Source: an uncultured Desulfospira sp.
Lineage (GTDB): Bacteria; Desulfobacterota; Desulfobacteria; Desulfobacterales; Desulfobacteraceae
Assembly: GCA_963663165.1 (NCBI GenBank)
Contig: OY760175.1
Span: forward strand, 5,024,001-5,088,000
Direction of reading: 5' to 3'
DNA: 64,000 nucleotides
Shown here: positions 28,536 to 37,699 of the stretch, piece after piece
Layout: each line of letters begins with the position of its first letter
Numbering within the stretch: position 1 is the first letter of the stretch
Program-made: the position numbers and the translations under genes
Notes under the pieces: model-generated
The model's input: the letters and a program-made list of their open reading frames with translations, nothing else
Databases searched by the model: none
Told to the model about the DNA's origin: nothing

Positions 28536-30188
28536 ATGCAAGTTACGAAAAAGAACTGGGGGAATTTGTATGAAGTAGATGTGCTGATTCTCGGAACCGG
28601 CGCTTCAGGAATGGGGGCTGCTTTACAGGCGTCAGAACAGCAAGCCGACGTGCTTATGGCAGGCAAGGGAACCTTGGAGAGTTCCGGCTCATTAGGGGGC
28701 GGAAATGATCATTTCATGGCCATTCTGGATACGGATGAGCCAAATGACAACAAGGAAGCTTTTGTAAATTTTTACATGAAATCGGCTTTTGGCTATAAGA
28801 AAGAGCAGTTAGAGCAATGGCATGCCGCCATAAAACCCTGCCTGAAAACCCTTGATGAAGTTGGAACTAAATACTTACTCAAGCCCGATGGAACACGATT
28901 CAGGTCTGTCGGTTTTGGCCAGCCCGGCGCATGGTGGTTGAACATCATCAACGGAAAAACCATCAAACGCAATTTGGCCAAAAAAATTCGGAGCCTGGAT
29001 GTCAATGTCCTGGATAACTTTCAAATCACCAGAATGTTCACAAATGAAGGGCAGTTTACCGGATGTATGGGATTCGATATCTTGAGCGGCGAAGTCAGTG
29101 CCATCCAGTGCAAGGCGGCAGTAAACTGCCTGGGATGGCACGCCCAGCGGGTTACCAACAATTCGACATACAATCCCTTTAACTGCTGGTTTACGCCCTT
29201 CACTACCGGCAGCTATCTTGTACAGCCGTACGAAATAGGGGCATCCATTATCAACGCTGATATTGCGACCCGCGCAACCCTCCTGCCGAAAGGATGGGGG
29301 GCACCCGGAATGAACGGGATCAATAACATGGGGGGACACGAACTCAATGCGCTTGGAGAACGTTTCATGGGTAAATATGACCCAATGATGGAAAACGGAA
29401 AGCGGATTAACCAGGTTTTGGGAACCTATCAAGAGCAGATTGAGGGCAAGGGCCCCCCATTTTACATGGACATGCGGCACTTTACAGAAGAAGAAGCCCA
29501 CCACCTGCAATATGTACTGATGCCTGCAGACAAAGAAACGTATCTGGATTACTGCAAAGCCCGTAATATCGATTTTAAGAAAACGCTTCTCGAAGTGGAG
29601 GTTGGCGAACTCAGCCTGTCAGGGATGCTGGTTGCAGATGAGCGCATGGAAACTTCCGTAAAAGGGCTTTTTGCAGGATGCAATTTTACAAGTTTTTCAG
29701 GAGCGATGTGCGGCGGTTATGTTGCCGGATTTCACGCTGTCAATGCCGCCCGGGAGACCGCCATTGGCCAGCTGGGTGAAAATGAGATAATGGATGAAAA
29801 ATCCCGGGCCATGGCCCCGCTTGGCCGAAAGCTGTCAAATGCTTTTTCCCAGCTTGATTTTGAAAATCCGATACGGCAGGTCATGGATTATTATGGGAAG
29901 TACCGGCGCAATATGGCCGGAATGTCCCTGGCGTTGGAAAAGCTTTCCCTGATTGATAGCTACAAGGAGCGGGTCAGTGTAAAAAATTTGCATGAGCTTA
30001 TGCGCCTGCACGAGTCATACGACATTCTTGCGTTGTGCCGGATCCATTTGCATGCCTGCCTGCAACGCAAGGAAAGCGGGCGCGGGATGTTTCAAGTTTC
30101 GGATTACCCCGATTTGGATCCTGAATTATCCAAGGGACTCGTGGTTCAGAAAAAGAACGGCGAACCTGTATATTCATGGAGCAGCTAA
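28536..30188 (+). CDS. FAD-binding flavoprotein of the SdhA/AprA superfamily (AprA-like paralogue)
   Basis: DVLILGTGASG, ETSVKGLFAG, RKESGRG...DYP; followed by an AprB-like ferredoxin. Confidence 0.8.
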   Translation: MQVTKKNWGNLYEVDVLILGTGASGMGAALQASEQQADVLMAGKGTLESSGSLGGGNDHFMAILDTDEPNDNKEAFVNFYMKSAFGYKKEQLEQWHAAIKPCLKTLDEVGTKYLLKPDGTRFRSVGFGQPGAWWLNIINGKTIKRNLAKKIRSLDVNVLDNFQITRMFTNEGQFTGCMGFDILSGEVSAIQCKAAVNCLGWHAQRVTNNSTYNPFNCWFTPFTTGSYLVQPYEIGASIINADIATRATLLPKGWGAPGMNGINNMGGHELNALGERFMGKYDPMMENGKRINQVLGTYQEQIEGKGPPFYMDMRHFTEEEAHHLQYVLMPADKETYLDYCKARNIDFKKTLLEVEVGELSLSGMLVADERMETSVKGLFAGCNFTSFSGAMCGGYVAGFHAVNAARETAIGQLGENEIMDEKSRAMAPLGRKLSNAFSQLDFENPIRQVMDYYGKYRRNMAGMSLALEKLSLIDSYKERVSVKNLHELMRLHESYDILALCRIHLHACLQRKESGRGMFQVSDYPDLDPELSKGLVVQKKNGEPVYSWSS

Positions 30189-30214
30189 AATATTTTTACA
30201 TGAAAGGAATTAAA

Positions 30215-30427
30215 ATGCCTCCTGTATTTAAAGATGAAGAATGTATCCGTTGCGGTATGTGCGTTCGCGACTGCCCGGCGTATATTTTGGAGATGGATGA
30301 CAGTAACGGGGACTTGCCGCATGTAATAGAGGAATACAAGCTCGAATGCTGGCACTGTGGAAACTGCCGAATCAGTTGCCCAAACAATGCCATTACGTTT
30401 GAGTTCCCCCTTTATACTTTGGTGTAA
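30215..30427 (+). CDS. 2x[4Fe-4S] ferredoxin (AprB-like)
   Basis: CIRCGMCVRDCP and CWHCGNCRISCP; AAGGA RBS. Confidence 0.9.
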   Translation: MPPVFKDEECIRCGMCVRDCPAYILEMDDSNGDLPHVIEEYKLECWHCGNCRISCPNNAITFEFPLYTLV

Positions 30428-30466
30428 GACAAACAATCTGCCATACCGAAAAAGGAGACCGAGAAA

Positions 30467-31552
30467 ATGAAAAAGTTTTGCGTATTGGGAATTTTTATTA
30501 TCATTATGGCCTTTTCCATTACGGTTCCGCTCCATGCGGCACCGGATTTTATCCTCTCTTTTAACCTGGCAATCCCCCCGATTCACAACCGGTGGAATAT
30601 GGCCCTGAAACCTTGGGCAGAAGAAATCATGAAGCGCAGTGAAGGCCGCATTCTCATTGAACCCTATTTTGCCCAGGCCCTGAGCAAACAAGAAGAAGTG
30701 GCTGAGTCGGTCCGGTCAGGCGTAGCCGATATCGGGGAAGCGACTTTTACGGTACGCGGGTTGGGAAGGTTCCCTTTTCATGAACAGCTGATTAATTTAA
30801 CAAAACCCAGCAATTGTACCCGTGATGCAGCCAGCCTTGTCAAAGAACTCCACAACGCATTCCCTAAAGAGGCAATGGGGGATGTGGCAGGGACCAAACT
30901 ATTGTTTTTAGAAGGCCATTCGGTGGGGATGCTAATCGGCTCCAGCAAGAAGCCGGTAAAGACATTGGAAGACCTGAAGGGGTTAAAGCTGGGGGTGTCC
31001 GGTGGGGGAATCCGTCTGGAACGGGCCAAAAAACTGGGCGCAACCGTGGTCGGCATTACGGTTCCGGACATGTATATGTCCATTGAAAAAGGCATTATTG
31101 ACGGCGCTGTCGTTGACTGTGAGTTGCTAGTTTCCCGGAAACTGGGTGATGTCATCAAACACTTGACGCTTATAAACATGGGGGGCAGTGTTTTTTACTG
31201 TGTAATGAACCAGGATACATTTGACCGAATGCCTCCGGATTTGCAAAAAATTATTGATGATGTTTCCCGGGAGGTCGCACCAAAACTATTTTATAACTTT
31301 TGGGAAAGGATGCAATATGTAAGCCTTGAAAAATGGGAAAAGGAAATGGGCGGAAAGCTCTATATGCTGTCTGATGCGGATTATGCCAAAGCGGATGAAC
31401 TGGTTGAGCCGACCTTTACCGAATGGGTTAAATTTTCAAAAACAAAAGGCCTGCCTGCTGAGGCTATTTTGAAAAAGTATCGGGAGCTTGAGAGCCGTTT
31501 CATGGAACCTTGGGCAAAATCAAAAGCGGCCCAGTTTGTAACCGGAGGATAG
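30467..31552 (+). CDS. dctP: TRAP transporter substrate-binding protein
   Basis: Signal peptide, KRSEGRI, KPVKTLEDLKGLK, YMSIEKGIIDG, MPPDLQKII. Confidence 0.88.
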   Translation: MKKFCVLGIFIIIMAFSITVPLHAAPDFILSFNLAIPPIHNRWNMALKPWAEEIMKRSEGRILIEPYFAQALSKQEEVAESVRSGVADIGEATFTVRGLGRFPFHEQLINLTKPSNCTRDAASLVKELHNAFPKEAMGDVAGTKLLFLEGHSVGMLIGSSKKPVKTLEDLKGLKLGVSGGGIRLERAKKLGATVVGITVPDMYMSIEKGIIDGAVVDCELLVSRKLGDVIKHLTLINMGGSVFYCVMNQDTFDRMPPDLQKIIDDVSREVAPKLFYNFWERMQYVSLEKWEKEMGGKLYMLSDADYAKADELVEPTFTEWVKFSKTKGLPAEAILKKYRELESRFMEPWAKSKAAQFVTGG

Positions 31553-31678
31553 ATAAAAGGGAATAGATTTTGGCGGCAAAAAGGCAACAAACGAAGCGCT
31601 TATGGTTTTAGACGCAACCGCCATTTAAACCGTAGCACAATCGAAAAAGCACCGGGAATTTCTTTTAGGAGGAACATC

Positions 31679-33610
31679 ATGGAGATGCATCATCAAATGT
31701 CGAATTTTTCCCGTAAACAAGATCCATTGCATACAATTGTTCTTGCTGTTCGTGCATTGAAAAAAATTCAGCCGCTGTGCAAGTGGCTGAGTACCATCGG
31801 CATGTATTTTTTCTTGATCATGGTGGCCATTACGTTCCTGGATGTGTTTCTTCGGTATTTTTTCTCCAGTCCGTTAAGCGGGACTATTGAGCTAACTGAA
31901 TTCTTTATGGTCGTGGTGTTCTTTTCATCCGTTGCCTATACTCATTGGATCGGCGGCCATATCTCAATGGATATCATTACGGGAAGGCTTCCCCCTGAAA
32001 GACAGCAACAGCTCTTGTTGATAACGAATGTCTGGTCGCTTGTAACCATATGGTTCTGTATTACAGCGATGTTGAAATACGCTGGAAATCTTGACCTGTA
32101 TTCATCTGTTATGGACATCCCCATCAAACCCTTTGTCTATTTTGCAGCACTGGGGTGCATTCTTTTGCTGCTCTCTTTGTCTCACGATGTGCTTGAGTCC
32201 ATTCTTGTGGTTCACCGGGAGAGCGGGAGGAAAACTTTGGGTCTGGTGGTTGCTATTGCGGTGTTGTCCACTGGAATTGTTTGCTGGTTTGCCATGAACC
32301 GCCTGCCGGGAATATCGACCGTGAAAATAGGTATCCTCGGCATGGCGTTCATGTTTTTTCTTTTTTTTTCCGGGATGCCGGTGGCTTATTCATTAATGGC
32401 ATCGGCATTTGTTTTCATTTCAAACCTCAGGGGATTTGAGGCGGCATACGCGATGCTTGGAAAGTTTTGGTACAGTACCGTTTCCAATTATTCATGGTCT
32501 CCGCTGATGTTTTTTTTACTGATGGGGTATGTCTGTTTTCAGGGCAAATTCGGCCAGGACCTTTATTATGCCGCACGCTGCTGGATGGGCCATTGGCGCG
32601 GCGGCCTGGCGACCGGAAGTGTTTGTGCCTGCACGGCGTTTGGTTCGGTGGTAGGCGACTCCCTGGCCGGTGCGGTCACGATGTCTGCCATTGCGCTTCC
32701 GGAAATGCGGAATAACGGATACAAGGATGAACTGGCATTGGGATGCCTGGCCTGTTCCGGAACCATCGGCAGCCTCATCCCGCCCAGCACGACGTTTATT
32801 CTGTACGGGGTTCTCGCCCAGCAATCCATCGGCGAGTTGTTCATTGCCGGGGTAGTTCCCGGGATCTTGTGTATGGTCATGTTTATCGCCACCATATGGA
32901 TATGGGTCCGCCTGGACCCTTCCATCGCACCCGCTTCTCTGCGAGCCTCCCGGCCGGAAGCCTATGCATCCTTAAAATCAGCCATCCCGATCATCATCAT
33001 GTTTTTCGTCGTCATCGGGGGAATTTACGGCGGCATTTTTACCGCCACTGAAGGCGGTGGAATAGGTGTTTTTGGCATGTTGTTATTGGCCCTGTTCATG
33101 GGGCGGTTAAATTTCACGGTTTTGAACACAGCGCTCAAAGAGGGGGCAAAGTTTACGTCAATGTGCTTTGCCCTGCTGGCAGGGGCAAATTTGCTGGGCT
33201 ATTTCATGACATTGAGCCGTATTCCGATGGTTCTGGCAAATGAAATTTCCATGTTGACACTGCCCCCAATGTTGATAATTTTCATCATCATTGGGGTCCT
33301 TTGTTTTCTGGGATGTTTTATTCCGGCGATTCCACTGGTGCTGATTTGCGTGCCGATTTTTGTACCCATTGCCGAAGTCTTTGCCTGGGACCTGGTTTGG
33401 TTTGGTGTGGTAACGACCTTGGTAAAAAACATGGCCTGTATTACACCGCCGTTTGGAATTAATCTTTTTGTCATGAAGGGCATTGCCGAGGTGCCTATTG
33501 GCTGTATGTATAGGGCGTCCATGCCGTTTATTGTTGCCCTGTTCTTTTGCATTGCCGTTATTGTTGCTTTTCCGCAACTTAGCTTATGGTTGCCAGGATT
33601 GATGAAGTAA
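31679..33610 (+). CDS. dctM: TRAP transporter fused small/large permease (DctQM)
   Basis: DVFLRY...GHISMD (DctQ); GTIGSLIPPS, FTATE, TPPFGINLFV (DctM). Confidence 0.9.
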   Translation: MEMHHQMSNFSRKQDPLHTIVLAVRALKKIQPLCKWLSTIGMYFFLIMVAITFLDVFLRYFFSSPLSGTIELTEFFMVVVFFSSVAYTHWIGGHISMDIITGRLPPERQQQLLLITNVWSLVTIWFCITAMLKYAGNLDLYSSVMDIPIKPFVYFAALGCILLLLSLSHDVLESILVVHRESGRKTLGLVVAIAVLSTGIVCWFAMNRLPGISTVKIGILGMAFMFFLFFSGMPVAYSLMASAFVFISNLRGFEAAYAMLGKFWYSTVSNYSWSPLMFFLLMGYVCFQGKFGQDLYYAARCWMGHWRGGLATGSVCACTAFGSVVGDSLAGAVTMSAIALPEMRNNGYKDELALGCLACSGTIGSLIPPSTTFILYGVLAQQSIGELFIAGVVPGILCMVMFIATIWIWVRLDPSIAPASLRASRPEAYASLKSAIPIIIMFFVVIGGIYGGIFTATEGGGIGVFGMLLLALFMGRLNFTVLNTALKEGAKFTSMCFALLAGANLLGYFMTLSRIPMVLANEISMLTLPPMLIIFIIIGVLCFLGCFIPAIPLVLICVPIFVPIAEVFAWDLVWFGVVTTLVKNMACITPPFGINLFVMKGIAEVPIGCMYRASMPFIVALFFCIAVIVAFPQLSLWLPGLMK

Positions 33611-33622
33611 GGAAGGTATATG

Positions 33623-34429
33623 TTATCTATACAAAATGACCGCTGACCACTGTTTTTGGGTCCTTTCCCAAACCAGGGAAAACCCCTGGGAAGAATAATG
33701 GGAAATCAACTCTTGTTTTTCCCATTCCCGGATGCCGGACAGGATCAGGGTACCATCAGGGCTCAGGTTTTCTGTGATGAGCCCGGACAGTCTGGCTAAA
33801 GTGGGGAACCTGAGGTTGGCACAGATGACGGAAAACTCATTGGGGCAGGGCGGCATGAAGCTTTCCTCTATCCGGATCCGCCCGGATAGCTGGTTGGCCG
33901 CAATGTTGGCCTCCGCTTCGGACACGGCATTGGGGTCAATATCCCATGCCCGGCACGAGGACAGGCCGGCAAGGCAAAGGGCAATGGCCAGAACCCCGGA
34001 ACCGGTGCCGATATCGGCACCTGAGGCGGCTGAATCAGGGGGGGTAAATTCCGGCTTAAAAAACAGGTCATCAATGGCCTGAAGGCAGAGCCGGGTGGTG
34101 GGATGGTGGCCTGAACCAAAAGAAATGCCTGGCAGAAGGTTGATGTCAAGTTCGCCTTTCTGTGCCTTGGAGGCCGATGTCGGGGGCTTTAAATAAAAAT
34201 GATCCGTGACCCTCACTGGTTTTGAAAAGCTGATATCCACATAGGTGGAGCCGTAAAGATCCTGAAAGGCAATTTCCTGTTCTGCCACCAGGGTGTTGAG
34301 AACCTTTGCGGCATCCCGCCGGGTAAGGGAAAGGGCAGTGCGGATGGCATCAATATAATCCCTGGCCGTCAGCCTGACCCGGGACCGGGTCAGGATATCT
34401 AAAACCGCCTTCCGGTCAAAGGGAATCAT
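33623..34429 (-). CDS. prmA: Ribosomal protein L11 methyltransferase-like
   Basis: SFGSGHHPTTRLC, DIGTGSGVLAI, ILSGI. Confidence 0.75.
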   Translation of the reverse strand: MIPFDRKAVLDILTRSRVRLTARDYIDAIRTALSLTRRDAAKVLNTLVAEQEIAFQDLYGSTYVDISFSKPVRVTDHFYLKPPTSASKAQKGELDINLLPGISFGSGHHPTTRLCLQAIDDLFFKPEFTPPDSAASGADIGTGSGVLAIALCLAGLSSCRAWDIDPNAVSEAEANIAANQLSGRIRIEESFMPPCPNEFSVICANLRFPTLARLSGLITENLSPDGTLILSGIREWEKQELISHYSSQGFSLVWERTQKQWSAVILYR

Positions 34430-34772
34430 GCCCCTCTTGTTTCAGGAGCGCCTTATACCAGACGGCAAAATCAAACATGCCCCTGATTTTTTCATCATCA
34501 TTGATGATCCCCAGGCACATTTCAAGGGCCCCCTGGGCATAGGTGTTGGAGTAATCATCGTGATTGATGCGGGTCAGGAATTCCCGGATCAGTTCCTGGG
34601 AGGTCCGCTTGGTTTTGTCTTTTCTGATGTCAATGGGGTCTTTGGGCTCCTGGAAGGGATCCCAGTTCTCATACCCCACTTTGTTTAAAATCTGACGCTG
34701 GCCCCGCTTGCCCATGGCGTCAAATATGGCCTTTTTTTTGGCCTTAATTTCTTCGGGTGTAAAGGTTTCCAT
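34416..34772 (-). CDS. Hypothetical protein
   Basis: 118-aa ORF tightly packed in the operon with overlapping stop/start. Confidence 0.75.
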   Translation of the reverse strand: METFTPEEIKAKKKAIFDAMGKRGQRQILNKVGYENWDPFQEPKDPIDIRKDKTKRTSQELIREFLTRINHDDYSNTYAQGALEMCLGIINDDEKIRGMFDFAVWYKALLKQEGHDSL

Positions 34773-34787
34773 TGGTTTCTTTCCCCC

Positions 34788-35438
34788 TTATTGTTTAACC
34801 CCGAGGTACTCTTCAGTAAAGTCCGTGACCAGGGCCATTGACACGGGGATCAGAAGCTCATGCATTTTAATGTTCTGGGAGTCAATCCCCTTGATGAGCT
34901 TGGCGGAAATCAACTGGAGCTGTCCGTAGATTTTGTCCATGTTCAAGGTGGGGTAGGGATTGCCCTGGATAAAATTGGTCCGGCCGCAGATATGGCTGGC
35001 CCCTGCGGTTGAGACCGGAATGCCGTAGACCCGGCAGGTGATGGGCCGGTGTTCGTACATGACACACAGATTGTCCTGGCCCAGAAGGGGACAGCGAACC
35101 CGCTCCTGGGACATCTGGGCGACAATTTCGATCTGGTCTGCCCCGTCTTTGACTTTTTTATAGGCATCCCGTTTGAGCCGGACCAGGACCCGGTCTGTTT
35201 TTCCGGCAACTTCAAGGAGATCGTTTTTCTCTTTGCCTGAAAACTTCTTTTGAAATTTTTCTTTCAGGTACAAGGCTTCCACCAGGGTAAGATCAAAAAT
35301 AGCATAACAGCAATCTGAACATTTCTCCCTGCAAAATACCTCTTTGGGGAATTCTTTTTTTACCCGGTCAAATATCCCGTCCACCACCTGGACCAGGCCT
35401 TCATACTCTGTAAAATACGGTGTTAAATCAATTGTCAT
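34788..35438 (-). CDS. YkgJ-family CxxCxxCC cysteine-cluster protein
   Basis: CREKCSDCC, CPLL, CVMYEHRPITCRVYG. Confidence 0.85.
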   Translation of the reverse strand: MTIDLTPYFTEYEGLVQVVDGIFDRVKKEFPKEVFCREKCSDCCYAIFDLTLVEALYLKEKFQKKFSGKEKNDLLEVAGKTDRVLVRLKRDAYKKVKDGADQIEIVAQMSQERVRCPLLGQDNLCVMYEHRPITCRVYGIPVSTAGASHICGRTNFIQGNPYPTLNMDKIYGQLQLISAKLIKGIDSQNIKMHELLIPVSMALVTDFTEEYLGVKQ

Positions 35439-35449
35439 GGGGTTGTCCT

Positions 35450-36844
35450 TTACTTGCCAATACAAAAATTACTGAAAATGGTGTCTAAAATATCCAGGGA
35501 TGCGGTTTCGCCGGTGATCTTTCCCAAAGCATCAATGCCGTTTTTGATGTCAATGGCCAGGGTCTCTTCGGTGGCGTTGTTTTCGATTCCCTGTCTGGCG
35601 GACGAAAGAAAAGCCACGGCCTGTTCAAGGGCCTTTTTATGCCGAAGGTTGGGAATCACCTGGGAGCGTTCCGTATCCAGGTCCTGGATACAGGTGTTAA
35701 CGATTTTCCCCTTTAGTTCCCGAATCCCCTGGTTTTTGAGGGCGGAAATTTTGACCACCGGAATATGGCTGTATTCAGGGGGCGGCAGCACCAGCCGGCC
35801 GTCACCTTCACCGGCCAAATCCATTTTATTGATCACCACAATGACCCGTTTGCCCTTGGGGACGGTTTTTAAAAAATCATTTTCTTTAAAGGTATCCTGG
35901 GGCTCTTTCATGAAAAGAACCAGGTCGGCACCCTTGATATGCTCCATGGCCCTTTCGATGCCGATGATTTCAACTAAGTCGGCGGTGTTGTGAATTCCGG
36001 CCGTATCGATCACCACAAAGGGGATTCCGTCCATGTTCAGCCCTTCTTCAATGGGATCGCGGGTGGTTCCGGGAAGGGGGGTGACGATAGACTTTTCCTG
36101 GCTTAGCAGCCGGTTCATCAAACTGGATTTGCCCACATTGGGCCGGCCGGCAATGGCTACGCGGATGCCTTCTTTAAGAAAACAGGCATCGTCATGCTGC
36201 CGGATAAATTCCCGGCATGTTTCGATGACCTGGTCTAAGGCCGGGATATCTTTCTGGGATACAGACACCCCGTCTTCATCGTCCGGGAAATCAATGGAAA
36301 CTTCCACAATGGCCAGAAGGGCAATCAGGGTTTCCCTTAAGCTCAAGATATCCTTTTTCAGGGTGCCAAGGCCCTGGGATGCGGCAAATTTTAATGCCCG
36401 TTCCGACCGGGCATTGATAATATCGGCTACAGCCTCGGCCTGGGTCAAGTCAATGCGCTGGTTTAAAAAGGCCCGCCGGGTGAACTCTCCCGGGTCTGAA
36501 AGCCTGGCCCCTTTGGACAGGATCAGGTCCAGAATCCGCCTGAGTACAAAGGTGCCTGAATGGGCCTGAATTTCCACCACATCCTCGGCCGTATAGGACT
36601 TGGGCCCTTTCATGGGAATGATCAGGACTTCATCGATGATTTGCCGCTCATCATCGAAAATGTATCCATGAACCACCCTGTGGGAAACCAGGGACGAAAC
36701 ATCCGTGCCGGCCCCGGAACCGGGATGTCGGGTTTTCGAGAAAATCCGGGCCGCAATATCAAAGGAAGAGTGCCCGGAGATCCGGATGATCCCGATGCCG
36801 CCGCTCCCGAAAGGCGTGGCTATTGCGGCGATGGTGTCATTCAT
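35450..36844 (-). CDS. mnmE: tRNA modification GTPase
   Basis: [37 protein letters not shown]. Confidence 0.98.
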   Translation of the reverse strand: MNDTIAAIATPFGSGGIGIIRISGHSSFDIAARIFSKTRHPGSGAGTDVSSLVSHRVVHGYIFDDERQIIDEVLIIPMKGPKSYTAEDVVEIQAHSGTFVLRRILDLILSKGARLSDPGEFTRRAFLNQRIDLTQAEAVADIINARSERALKFAASQGLGTLKKDILSLRETLIALLAIVEVSIDFPDDEDGVSVSQKDIPALDQVIETCREFIRQHDDACFLKEGIRVAIAGRPNVGKSSLMNRLLSQEKSIVTPLPGTTRDPIEEGLNMDGIPFVVIDTAGIHNTADLVEIIGIERAMEHIKGADLVLFMKEPQDTFKENDFLKTVPKGKRVIVVINKMDLAGEGDGRLVLPPPEYSHIPVVKISALKNQGIRELKGKIVNTCIQDLDTERSQVIPNLRHKKALEQAVAFLSSARQGIENNATEETLAIDIKNGIDALGKITGETASLDILDTIFSNFCIGK

Positions 36845-37686
36845 GACGGTTTGTTTTTATACCGCTTTTTCCCCTTAAAAGATTTTTTTTGGGGAAAAAT
36901 GACAAGGCGTCTGTAATAACCGTCCCCCATGCTCTGGGTCCTGACCCGGTTGTCGTTTTTTAAGGCCAGGTGGACAATGCGCCGGTCCTGGGCGCTCATC
37001 TGGTTGATGGTGGCGGGCCGGCCGGTTTTCTTTGCCTTTTCAGCCATTTTTAAGGCCAGGTGGCGCAGGTTGGCTTTCCGGGTTTCCATATACCCTTCAA
37101 TATCCACCCTGACCCTGACCCGGGCCTCGCTGTGCCGGTTGATGATTTTGTCGGCAAGGAACTGCATGGCGTCCAGGGTCTGGCCTTTCCGGCCGATGAG
37201 AATCCCTGAGTTTCCCCCTTCTATTTTAAGGGTGAGCCGGTCCTGCTGGGTGTCTGCGTTGACCACGGCATCGTCTGTGATCAGGTCGGCCATTTTTTGC
37301 AGGGCCTCTACCCCTAAGTCAATGGATTCCCGGGTGACGTCAACAGGCTCGGCCGTGTCATCATCTTCCTCGGGTTCGGTTTCTTCGGGCTCATCCATGT
37401 CAAGGTCACGGCTTGGGGGGGCATTGGACCGGGTTTCTTCGCCAAAGGCTTCGTCAACAATGGATTTGATCCCTTCCATTTCCGCTTTGGCGTCCTGTTG
37501 ATCATCGGATTCGGGAACCTGGACTTTAATGAGTGCATCCTTGCGGCCCACAATGCCGAAAATGCCGGATGCGCCGGCGCTCATAACATCGTACTTAAGT
37601 TTATCCCTGGTGATTCCCAGAGCAGAGCAGGCACTTTTTACAGCGGCATCCACATCTTTTCCGCTAAATTCTCTGGTGTTTGTCAT
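36841..37686 (-). CDS. jag: Jag/EloR (KhpB) RNA-binding protein
   Basis: Jag_N, KH (LIGRKGQTLDA), R3H (RRIVH). Confidence 0.95.
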   Translation of the reverse strand: MTNTREFSGKDVDAAVKSACSALGITRDKLKYDVMSAGASGIFGIVGRKDALIKVQVPESDDQQDAKAEMEGIKSIVDEAFGEETRSNAPPSRDLDMDEPEETEPEEDDDTAEPVDVTRESIDLGVEALQKMADLITDDAVVNADTQQDRLTLKIEGGNSGILIGRKGQTLDAMQFLADKIINRHSEARVRVRVDIEGYMETRKANLRHLALKMAEKAKKTGRPATINQMSAQDRRIVHLALKNDNRVRTQSMGDGYYRRLVIFPQKKSFKGKKRYKNKPS

Positions 37687-37699
37687 ACGCATTCTCCTG

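Noticed and set aside
28536..30427. Dissimilatory aprBA
   Set aside because: Shorter proteins, reversed order, no sat/qmo, linked to a TRAP transporter.
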